Positions 1 through 8,253 of a stretch of DNA of 58,443 bases are shown here, piece after piece. Made by a program: the position numbers and the translations under genes. The notes beneath the pieces are model-generated. The model was not told where the DNA came from. It did not search any database and saw only the letters and a program-made list of their open reading frames with translations. This stretch comes from a virus. Its lineage: Duplodnaviria > Caudoviricetes. How positions within the stretch are numbered: the first letter of the stretch is position 1; each line of letters opens with the position of its first letter. The stretch is taken from positions 1 through 58,443 of the IMG/VR virus record IMGVR_UViG_3300031758_000088; one strand, given 5' to 3'.

Positions 1-1
1 A

Positions 2-3000
2 GACCGCCGGGTCTCCGTGAGCTGCCAGAGGAGCCAGAGAGGCAATCAGTCCCTTGACCTTGGTGTCGATGGTGGTGACGCCGTTGCGCAGGACTGGGAT
101 GCCGCCGTTGCGATCACCCATACCCATGGCAGAGGCTGCGATACCCGCTCCAAGGTCAGACATCAGGGCCGCAGATTCTGCGCTCTGGTCTGCGAGGAGG
201 GCTGCACCGCCCATCTGCTCGGCCCTCTTCTTGTCGTAGACCGACATCTGGTTGTAGCGGTTGAGGTAACGCTGACGGAAGCTGGCTGCGCTCTGAGGAG
301 AGATGGCAGAAACCATGCGCTCAACAAAGCCTTTCTCTTGTCGTTTAAACGTTGTCTCACCGATACGGTCGCTGATGTTCGTTGGGATGTTTGGCAGGCT
401 GTATTTGGCCTTGCTGCTCATCCGGGTGAACTTCTCCATCGCCTTCTGTTTGTTGGCATAGGAGAGAGGCTCCACCTCTGCGATCATCAGCACCGATGAC
501 ACTGCGTCATCGTATTGGGCAGTCAACGCCTTGACTGGAATGGACTTTGCATCTTCGGACCGCAAGTGAATGTAAACGGGAACTTCACGGTAGCCGTCCG
601 CGTGCAGCGCCAGCATGCGGTGACGGCCTTCGTGCCCAGTAATTTTCCAGTCTCCATTTTTTTCCGACACAGATAGAAATGGAACTTGGTCGTAAGCCTT
701 CAGCCTCTCGACATCAAGCGGCTCCTGCTCTCGGCGCAGTCTGTCATACGTGTCGGACGATGCCGTGGCGTTAACAAATTCAATCGGGTTAACAAGTGCA
801 AGGTAACCCTTGGTCTTGTTCTCTGCGTCACTCTGGGTGTACATGGATTCATTCCACAACTTCTCAAAGCGATCATCAGAGTAGCGCACCTTCTTCAAGC
901 TGTAGCGCATGTCCTTGGACTCGCGGCTGAATTCACCAATGTTGCCCGTGACGGACTTAACCTGCTCTGCTTTAAACACAGCAAGGTTCTTGTTGCCGTA
1001 CTCCTGCACGTAGAACGAATCAAAGCCAAACGACTTCAATGCGTCCTGAACAATCGGGTCTTCAATCGTTGACCACAAACCATTTGAGATGTCCTTTTTA
1101 AAGGTGCTGGCTTTGGAGCTGGACTTTTTAAGGCGGACAACGGGGTCAGAGCCGCTCAGCTTTTGGTCGGCAATAATTTTCTCCGCAACCATGGCGGCGT
1201 GTTCGCTGTTCTCGTAGTCGAATGGCGTCTCTGCGCGAACCCACAAGGGGTAGATTCGCATCTCGTCAGTGGACTTGCCCTCATCCTTTGCGCGGTCCTC
1301 TGCAAACTGCTCAGCAAAGTCAGGATCGGGGCTGACGAAGATTGGCTTGCTCTCAAGGAACGTGGTGAACTCGGATGCGGAGCCGTGGTACATGACTTGC
1401 GGACGACCCTCGTCCATGATCTGGCTGCCACCAAAGAAGAGTTTGAACTCCTTGGTCGATGGAGGGGCCTTGTCATATGCGGCATCTTCCGCCTCTTTTG
1501 CGGAGGGGAAGCTGGTGCGGAGACTGAACTTCCCAGTCTTCACGGAATGCTTGCCAATCAAAACTGCGTAGTCTTGTGATGCGGCTTGGTTTTTGACCAA
1601 GTAGCCATCAAAGCCAGCCCTCTTAACATTGCGCTCCCAATTGCTTGCGCGTTCTGCGGACGAGTCGCCCTTGGCGTTCTTGATGATTTCAAGAGGGTCT
1701 GTTTTGGTGTCGTACAGATTTTTCAACCTGATGACGTGAGGAGTGCCGCCAACACCAGCCTCGGGCCGGACTCCCTTGCCGTTGTCAACGTAGAAATAAA
1801 TTCGGCCACGAATGTCCGAGTTTTCTTTTTCGTTTAAACGCTCACTCTCCATTCCGCGCAGACCGGTGCCGTGGAACTCGGAGATGAGTGTTGGGCGTCT
1901 CTCTTTGCTGAAGTGGACGCCGACAGCGCTTACCGATCCTCGCGTTGGCGTTCCGTATTCTTCTGTTGGCTGGCCGAAGTCAACCGCATTACCGCGCTCT
2001 CGACCTCCGAGGCGAGCAGCTCCTCTGGCGTCAATCCATTTGTCTCTGAGCGAGATTGCTTCTTCGGAAATGGCCTGAAGACGGCGACTCCCTTGCCCCC
2101 GAACATCTGCCCCGGCTTCTCCTTGAATCTTTCCACTGTCGCCATATCGTGTTTCCTTTAAGTAGTCGCTTCTTGTGTCGGGCCAAACGAGTGAACTGTG
2201 GAATGTCTCCGGGTCGGAGACACGAATCTTTCCATCGTAAGGGAATGATTCGACAGCATCGATGATGGCCTCATGGTATTGAGCATCGGTAAGGGTGTCA
2301 ACGTTGTCGTTGTATGCAGAGAAGTTGCCGTACAGCAAGGCCCCATCACGCAACGTATCACCATCCGCCTGTGGGACGTTCTGCGCAATGTGTTGACGCA
2401 ACTCGCTTAATTGATCCGCAGTCATGCCCTCTGGGACAACAACCTTCACAAACCCAGCCTGATCGCCAGAGCTCTTGTTGTCCTCATCAAAAGCAACCAT
2501 TGCCTTTTGGTCGAGCACATAACCAAGCACCCGGGCAAGCTCGTCAAGCTCTTGCTCTGTGGCCTCGTCTGGGGCTTGAACAATGATGTTGGGGTTGACC
2601 TCGCCCTCGTAGGTGCCCGTAGAGAACTCGTACTTGTAACCCTTGAGTTCGAGCTCAGAGAACACAGAGGACACCACCCTGTTGGCAACGGCCTTGGTTG
2701 CGTTTAGACGCTCCGAAGGCGTCATCTGCCTCCACTTCTCTGCCGAGATGTGGTCAGGGTTCGGCGCTACCTCTGCGACTACTCCTTTGCGGAGGGAGAA
2801 CTTTTCTCCATCGAGTCCACGAGCTTCATCAGAAACTGCGATCTCCGTTCCGGGCTCATCCCTGCCGTCAGGTTTTTGATCGAAGACCACACTTGGTCTT
2901 GCTCGTCCAGAACCCTGATTGGCTTGGGCGATGATTGCTTCTTCGTATCCGATGTCATCTGCTTTTCTCCCGCTCAGTTTTTCATAAAGGCGTTTCTCAT

Positions 3001-6000
3001 AGTACCAAAGGGCGGCCTGAATGTCAGCCAGACTGAGGTTGATTCCTTCTCCACGCAGCAAAGCTTGAGCCTTGCGTGCTGCGTCGTACATGAACTTTCT
3101 GTCGGTGGCTGTAAACGGAGCCTCCTCCAGCATCTCAAACTCGTTCTTGTAGATGGTGTTTGCCATCTTCTCAAGGTTGTGTTCAAACAGCAACTGCTCG
3201 TAGGCATCACCAGCCTTCTCTTCGGCAGCTTTAAACCAATTTTCTTTTGCGGCCTTTTTGGATGGCTCCTTCGCCCCCGCCAAATGCTCAAGCTCGGTTG
3301 TCCAACCGTACTCCTCATACTTGTTTCGCAAAGGAATGGTGGCGGCAGTAACTTCATCCCGAGTGGCATCGGGCTGTTCCATCATGTCTCGGAACTTGTT
3401 GATGGAGGCTTCTGTGGCCTTGGGGATGAGCAAGCCGCGCATGCGATTGATGGAACGAGTCCACCACAAATCCATGGTCAGGTAGCCCTCTGAGCCGGAA
3501 AGGTTGGCGTAGAACGCGCCAAGCTTAGGTCCAAAGTAAACCGCTGCCGCTGGCACAACAGTGTTGGCGAGATAGCTGCCATCCGTCTCTTCGCCCATTT
3601 CTCGTAAACGGGCGTTCATTTCTTTGACGGTAATTTCTTTGAGCAACACCTTCTCAAAGTCTTGACCATACTTGCTCAACAAGTCTTGGATGACTTTCAA
3701 GTTGTTTTGGAGCGCGGTTGGACGACGATTGCCCATGGCAACCAATCGCTTGCCGTTACGAAGCTTGCCATACAGCTTGATGGCGTTGTCGATGTTCTTT
3801 GCAACTCGCTCCCCGTTGGATGTAACGGCAACCAAAGCCGAGAACACCGAACGGGCATGCTTGTTTGTTCCAAGCTCCGGGAATCGCTTGGCAAGACGCT
3901 TAACAGCATTGGGGTAGTTGTTGGAATACCAACCCAAACCAGTGCCAGTCTTGGTTGATGTCTGCAACTGATGCGCCACCTCATCGGCGATGGCTTCAGC
4001 AATCCGAGTTGACTCGTCTTGAGTCAGTTTGTTGCGGTCCATTGCACCAAGCTGGTCAAGTGTCTGCTGGTTAAGCGCCTTGGCAATGTCTCGCACGTTG
4101 TTAAAGCGACCGCGAACCGCATCAGTGTTTAAACCAAGCTCTTGCTGCGAAACAGCAGTCTGCTTCTCCATCAACTTGCGGGTTGACATGGGTATGCCTT
4201 CGCCAGCAAGGCTGTACTTTGGCTTTTCTTTTTTCTCGGTAGAGGGTTTGGCCTTCGGTTCCTTTTCCTCTTCGGCCTTCTCTTCTGGCTTGGCTTTTGG
4301 CTCTTCCTTCGGAGCAGTCTTCTCTTTTGGCTTGCGGGACTTCAACTCACCACGCTCAACGCGCTGGAACACATCATCCGCAGACTCAAAGCCAGCACCA
4401 CGCAGGGCTTGACCAAAGTTCATGAAGAAGTTCTTCAGCTTCTTGAACAGCGCAGCAATCATGCCGGGAGGCGGTGTGGCTCCACGGTCGTAAGCACCAA
4501 ACGCATCAGCGATGGCTTCTTCAATGATCTCTTCTTGAGTCAGGCCAATCTTCTTGTAGGCATCCAGACGGCTCATCGTCACAGGCTTGCCGTCCACCTC
4601 GATCTCGGAGGTCTGGTCTTGGAGGTACTCCTTGATCCACCTCTTGTTGGCTTGCTCAGTCAGGGCCTTCCATTGCTGCGGGGTGAAGAACTCCAAGTCC
4701 TTCAGCGCATGCAGGGACTCATGGCGCATGGTTTGGATGGGGTTGGCCTCATCCAGAGAGACCTGAATCAGCTTGTCGAGGTAAGCACCACCCGCGTTGT
4801 TCTTGATCTGCTCAACAACGTTTACACCCACATCGCCAAGGTTGAACTTGGCCAGCATAGGCTTGAGCTTTGACTCAAGCTCCTGCGTGCGGGCAGCAAC
4901 TTCAGCTTGTTTAAACACCTGAGGATCGCGCTCGCGCAGCGTGGCTTCGGCCTGCTCCAGAGTTGGGAATACCCCAATTGGCTCAGCACCACGGTTAACG
5001 GTGAACTCGTTCTGCACGTCAGTGCGGGAACCGATGGGGGTAAAGCTCAAGGGGGCGGAGTAGCTGGCAATCTTGTCGTTGATGTCCTGAATCTTTAAGG
5101 CGGCCTCCTCCTCCTTTTGGGAGAGAAGGGCCTTGGCTTGGACGTACTCATCGGTGTCAGTCTGGCCCGTGGCCTCCATGACCTCAAGCTTACGCTGCTC
5201 ATCCTGAATGGACTTGCTGATCTTGTCAGACTCAGCCAAGAGACGGGCTTGCTCCTCCTGACGAATCTCGGTCAGGGACTGAATCTTCCTCTCCACCTCT
5301 TCTTGGGAGGCAACGGAGGTCAGAGGCTTGTCTGAACCTTCGGCAAAGATGCCAAACGACTCAGGTACGTCTCGGCGGGAGATTTCTCTGCGGGTGGCTG
5401 TGTAGCCACCGGGGAACTCTGTTGGGGGCTCTACGGGAGCTTTCTCTGGGGCTTCAGCAGAAGGCGCGACAGGCTCGGCTTGACCGAAGCCTTTGCGGAA
5501 CTCTTCCTTCTCCTTCTCAAAGGCATCCACAGCCTCAGGAGGCTTGGCCTCAGGACGCACCATCGCGGCAATGGGGGCAGCGCCCAGAGCGCCTGTGAGC
5601 GCTTCTTGGGTCGCAGCACCTGCCACGCCTTTAAACGTGTCTACGTCGTACCCCGCACGCTGCAATGCAACGTTCTCAGCGACCTTCTCTTGACCGCCTT
5701 GAGCAGCCTCTGGGACAGATTCCTTGAGAACTGATTCGCCAACCCTGCGAGCCATGCCGGGGGCTGCTCCTGCTCGGCCAGCCTTGGAGAACAACTCTTC
5801 AACACCCTTGGAGCCAGCAACATAACCAAGACCGGCACCGAGGGCGATCTGGTCAAAGTTTCCACCGAAGTACGACTGGGCTGCGTCAGCCTTTTGCTTG
5901 GCAACCTCTGGGTCTACGCCAGCCTCAATCTCGGCCTTCAGCACGCCGTCATAGATGGAGCCTTTGACAGCGCCAGCACCTTGGGCGGTACCAATAACCT

Positions 6001-6538
6001 TGGGGGCTTGTTGAGCAACGGACCGGATGGCAGCTTGAGAGCCAGCGGTTAAACGCATGGCAGCAGCCGCAGGGGCTGCAAACAAGGTGGGCAGGTACGG
6101 AACAAACGAGCCAATGGCCTGCGCGGCAGACTGGAGAGGAGCTTCAGCAACGTTTAAAGCACCAGCCTTGATCTCTTCCCATGTGCTGCCAGACTCTTCG
6201 GCAGCCTTCATCCGGGCGGCCTGACGCTGCATCTCAGCTTGACGCTCTGGGGTCATGCTCTGCTGAAGACTCTCCACGCCCTTGCCAAGCTTGGAGGAGA
6301 TGAAGTTGTCAGCGCCAGCCACATCGGTGAGCGCCTTGGCGCTTCCCGCAGCACCAACACCAAAGGACTTGGCTATGTCTCCAAGGGAGAACCCAGCGTC
6401 TTTGGCTGGGGCTGTTGGCATGACGTCCGACTCGATTGCAGAGCCGCCGTATTTCCGGGCCAGATCATCAAATTTTGATGCGCCGGGTTGAACTTGGCTT
6501 CCGCCGTATTTTTTTGCCAGCTCATCAAGGTTCATCAT
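2..6538 (-). CDS. Large polyvalent virion/ejection protein (>2,179 aa, C-terminus beyond window): zincin, HhH-glycosylase-like, unknown domain, two ADP-ribosyltransferase-like domains, ParB/Srx-like domain, LPD38-like region
   Basis: Not in ORF track. ATG at 6538 overlaps the upstream stop (ATGA); the N-terminus and the 4.9 kb-to-base-2 stretch translate by hand in one frame, and I saw no stop. Motifs: HESLH..EEAIADAF (~4720-4500); GWY..GPKLGAFYANL..TMDLWWTR..QAALWYYEKRLY (~3940-2985); VHFS..YFYV..GFDGY (~1920-1600); MYHGS..F..F..FVS..GFDS..VFKAEQVKS..N.G.F (~1393-920); GHEGRHR (617-637). Confidence 0.88.
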   Translation of the reverse strand, partial: MMNLDELAKKYGGSQVQPGASKFDDLARKYGGSAIESDVMPTAPAKDAGFSLGDIAKSFGVGAAGSAKALTDVAGADNFISSKLGKGVESLQQSMTPERQAEMQRQAARMKAAEESGSTWEEIKAGALNVAEAPLQSAAQAIGSFVPYLPTLFAAPAAAAMRLTAGSQAAIRSVAQQAPKVIGTAQGAGAVKGSIYDGVLKAEIEAGVDPEVAKQKADAAQSYFGGNFDQIALGAGLGYVAGSKGVEELFSKAGRAGAAPGMARRVGESVLKESVPEAAQGGQEKVAENVALQRAGYDVDTFKGVAGAATQEALTGALGAAPIAAMVRPEAKPPEAVDAFEKEKEEFRKGFGQAEPVAPSAEAPEKAPVEPPTEFPGGYTATRREISRRDVPESFGIFAEGSDKPLTSVASQEEVERKIQSLTEIRQEEQARLLAESDKISKSIQDEQRKLEVMEATGQTDTDEYVQAKALLSQKEEEAALKIQDINDKIASYSAPLSFTPIGSRTDVQNEFTVNRGAEPIGVFPTLEQAEATLRERDPQVFKQAEVAARTQELESKLKPMLAKFNLGDVGVNVVEQIKNNAGGAYLDKLIQVSLDEANPIQTMRHESLHALKDLEFFTPQQWKALTEQANKRWIKEYLQDQTSEIEVDGKPVTMSRLDAYKKIGLTQEEIIEEAIADAFGAYDRGATPPPGMIAALFKKLKNFFMNFGQALRGAGFESADDVFQRVERGELKSRKPKEKTAPKEEPKAKPEEKAEEEKEPKAKPSTEKKEKPKYSLAGEGIPMSTRKLMEKQTAVSQQELGLNTDAVRGRFNNVRDIAKALNQQTLDQLGAMDRNKLTQDESTRIAEAIADEVAHQLQTSTKTGTGLGWYSNNYPNAVKRLAKRFPELGTNKHARSVFSALVAVTSNGERVAKNIDNAIKLYGKLRNGKRLVAMGNRRPTALQNNLKVIQDLLSKYGQDFEKVLLKEITVKEMNARLREMGEETDGSYLANTVVPAAAVYFGPKLGAFYANLSGSEGYLTMDLWWTRSINRMRGLLIPKATEASINKFRDMMEQPDATRDEVTAATIPLRNKYEEYGWTTELEHLAGAKEPSKKAAKENWFKAAEEKAGDAYEQLLFEHNLEKMANTIYKNEFEMLEEAPFTATDRKFMYDAARKAQALLRGEGINLSLADIQAALWYYEKRLYEKLSGRKADDIGYEEAIIAQANQGSGRARPSVVFDQKPDGRDEPGTEIAVSDEARGLDGEKFSLRKGVVAEVAPNPDHISAEKWRQMTPSERLNATKAVANRVVSSVFSELELKGYKYEFSTGTYEGEVNPNIIVQAPDEATEQELDELARVLGYVLDQKAMVAFDEDNKSSGDQAGFVKVVVPEGMTADQLSELRQHIAQNVPQADGDTLRDGALLYGNFSAYNDNVDTLTDAQYHEAIIDAVESFPYDGKIRVSDPETFHSSLVWPDTRSDYLKETRYGDSGKIQGEAGADVRGQGSRRLQAISEEAISLRDKWIDARGAARLGGRERGNAVDFGQPTEEYGTPTRGSVSAVGVHFSKERRPTLISEFHGTGLRGMESERLNEKENSDIRGRIYFYVDNGKGVRPEAGVGGTPHVIRLKNLYDTKTDPLEIIKNAKGDSSAERASNWERNVKRAGFDGYLVKNQAASQDYAVLIGKHSVKTGKFSLRTSFPSAKEAEDAAYDKAPPSTKEFKLFFGGSQIMDEGRPQVMYHGSASEFTTFLESKPIFVSPDPDFAEQFAEDRAKDEGKSTDEMRIYPLWVRAETPFDYENSEHAAMVAEKIIADQKLSGSDPVVRLKKSSSKASTFKKDISNGLWSTIEDPIVQDALKSFGFDSFYVQEYGNKNLAVFKAEQVKSVTGNIGEFSRESKDMRYSLKKVRYSDDRFEKLWNESMYTQSDAENKTKGYLALVNPIEFVNATASSDTYDRLRREQEPLDVERLKAYDQVPFLSVSEKNGDWKITGHEGRHRMLALHADGYREVPVYIHLRSEDAKSIPVKALTAQYDDAVSSVLMIAEVEPLSYANKQKAMEKFTRMSSKAKYSLPNIPTNISDRIGETTFKRQEKGFVERMVSAISPQSAASFRQRYLNRYNQMSVYDKKRAEQMGGAALLADQSAESAALMSDLGAGIAASAMGMGDRNGGIPVLRNGVTTIDTKVKGLIASLAPLAAHGDPAV
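1930..2145 (-). CDS. Putative overprinted small protein (71 aa) nested in +1 frame of polyvalent gene
   Basis: AAGGA SD 8 nt before ATG; G/C-ending codons typical of the genome, while the host frame becomes an R/G-rich linker with atypical codons. Confidence 0.5.
   Translation of the reverse strand: MATVERFKEKPGQMFGGKGVAVFRPFPKKQSRSETNGLTPEELLASEVESAVMRLTSASQQKNTERQREDR
2779..2958 (-). CDS. Putative overprinted small protein (59 aa, MTSDTKKQSSPKPIRVLDEQDQVWSSIKNL...) nested in +1 frame of polyvalent gene
   Basis: GGGAGA SD 7 nt before ATG; typical codon usage; lies in the linker after the HhH-like domain. Confidence 0.5.
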   Translation of the reverse strand: MTSDTKKQSSPKPIRVLDEQDQVWSSIKNLTAGMSPERRSQFLMKLVDSMEKSSPSAKE

Positions 6539-8244
6539 TGCACTCCGGCTTCTGCCTTAAATTTGTCTGCGGCTTCTTTTGTCGGGAAGTCGTATGTCTT
6601 GCCGCCAGCCGTAACTGTAAACGAACCTCCGCCGCCGCCCTTGATTTTTTGCTCCAGAAGCTTGAGGCCAGCCATCCGTTCATCACGAAGCTTACCCGGT
6701 GGCAGTTGTAGCGCAGAGCCAAGTTGCTCAGCATATTGCTTAGCCATGGCGGACTCAAGCGGGTCTGGCTTTGGCTCTCCACGTTTAAAGAGTGAGAAGC
6801 TTTCGAGCAGGGCGGCAGCCTCTTTTGGCTTTCCTTCTGCCTTGAGTGCCAGATACTGCGCAAGGTACTTCATGTCACCGCTGCCAGCATCTGCCGCACG
6901 AATCTTGGCAATCTCCATTTGGCTCAAGCGGTCCAGCTCGGACTGAATGCGGCGCTCATCCACATTCGCAAGCTGAGCCAAGGTCTCTGCACGGGACTTC
7001 AGGCGCTCTTGGTAAGAGCGGTTGGCAGCGTCCATGGACTTGGCTCGAGCACCATAAATCTCCTTGGCACCCTCGTATTCTTGGGTGTCTGCGGCTGTGT
7101 AGAGCTCGTTCATGCGCTTCTCAAGAGCCATCTCTTCTGCGCGTTTGCGGTCTTGGTTGGCTGTGTAAGCGGGAGCCAAGCCAGTGCCTCCCTTGTATTG
7201 AGCGGCCTGACCCCAGACACGGATCAAGTCATCCAAGCCGGATGGACGCGTCTTCTCAAAGGTTGCACGTTCCTGATCTGCACGGGCCTTGCGCTCTTCA
7301 TAGCGCTTGCGCATGTTCTCCTCCAGCATGGCTTGAGGAGACAGAGCGTTTTGCTCAGCAATGATGCTCTGAGGCGTTGGCTTGACGTTGGGCTCATTCA
7401 AGGCTGCGTCTGCTTGCGCAAAGTAAGGGCTGCGGCTTGCTGCGGCAGGTAGGCCTGTTTGTGCTGGTTGTGCAGCAGGACGAGGTGCAGCCTCAGGCCG
7501 AGGCGCTGGTCGCTCAACCCGGCGAGGAGGAACGGCTGCTTGCGGTCCTGCCATGGCTGTGGCTTGAGCCTCAGAAACGGAGGCTGGGCGCTGTGGTGGC
7601 AGTTGTCGAGCGGGGGCTTCAGGTGCTGGCATGCCTCCTGATGTCTTGAGTTGCTCAAGTTGTGCGCGTGCCGCCTCGGCTTGAGGCGCTCCAGCGCGAG
7701 TCAGAAATTCCACTTTGCGCTCAAGCTCCTGTATTGCTCTTTCCCTTCTCTCTTTGTCGCGGCCAAGTTCAGCAGCCTGACTTGACAACTCTTGCTCCTC
7801 GGCACTTGCTGTGCCCATGGTGTCCCCGCCATTGCTGTAGCCGACGATGCCACCGGGTTTAAACGCAAAGCGCACAGGCACGGAAGTTAAACCTCCGCGA
7901 GCCATCATTGCTGGCGCTTCGGGTTGATCTTCGGGCTGGGGAATGCCAGCGGGAACTGGTCCGGGACGCTGCGCCATAGCCATCTGTTGCTGCTGTTGCT
8001 GCTGCTGCATGTTGTTTGCAGCCATCAAGCCAGCCTTCTGCTCGATCTGCTCTTTGACGCTGGGCTGCTCACCCTGAGCGCCACCCATCATGTTCTGCAT
8101 GCGCTTGTTTAAATCCATCTTGGCCTGCAACGTACCGGTCGCAATCCAAGGTGGAATGATCCGTGGATCAAAACCATCGGCGTACTTCTTCAACTCTGTG
8201 ATTGGCAAATCGTTTGCCAGAGCTTGTGCTTTAACGAGGTTCAT
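6535..8244 (-). CDS. Internal virion/ejection protein
   Basis: 569 aa; Q/A/P-rich plus coiled coil; MARGG/FKPGG/YSNGG motifs; position in ejection-protein block. Confidence 0.7.
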   Translation of the reverse strand: MNLVKAQALANDLPITELKKYADGFDPRIIPPWIATGTLQAKMDLNKRMQNMMGGAQGEQPSVKEQIEQKAGLMAANNMQQQQQQQQMAMAQRPGPVPAGIPQPEDQPEAPAMMARGGLTSVPVRFAFKPGGIVGYSNGGDTMGTASAEEQELSSQAAELGRDKERRERAIQELERKVEFLTRAGAPQAEAARAQLEQLKTSGGMPAPEAPARQLPPQRPASVSEAQATAMAGPQAAVPPRRVERPAPRPEAAPRPAAQPAQTGLPAAASRSPYFAQADAALNEPNVKPTPQSIIAEQNALSPQAMLEENMRKRYEERKARADQERATFEKTRPSGLDDLIRVWGQAAQYKGGTGLAPAYTANQDRKRAEEMALEKRMNELYTAADTQEYEGAKEIYGARAKSMDAANRSYQERLKSRAETLAQLANVDERRIQSELDRLSQMEIAKIRAADAGSGDMKYLAQYLALKAEGKPKEAAALLESFSLFKRGEPKPDPLESAMAKQYAEQLGSALQLPPGKLRDERMAGLKLLEQKIKGGGGGSFTVTAGGKTYDFPTKEAADKFKAEAGVQ

Positions 8245-8253
8245 GTTCCGACC

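Noticed and set aside
1156-1485. Other +1-frame ORFs inside the polyvalent gene (also 163-360, 2158-2388, 2446-2688, 2974-3369, 3697-4002)
   Set aside because: They overlap folded domains and have S/R/P/T-rich off-frame composition, unlike the two linker-located candidates
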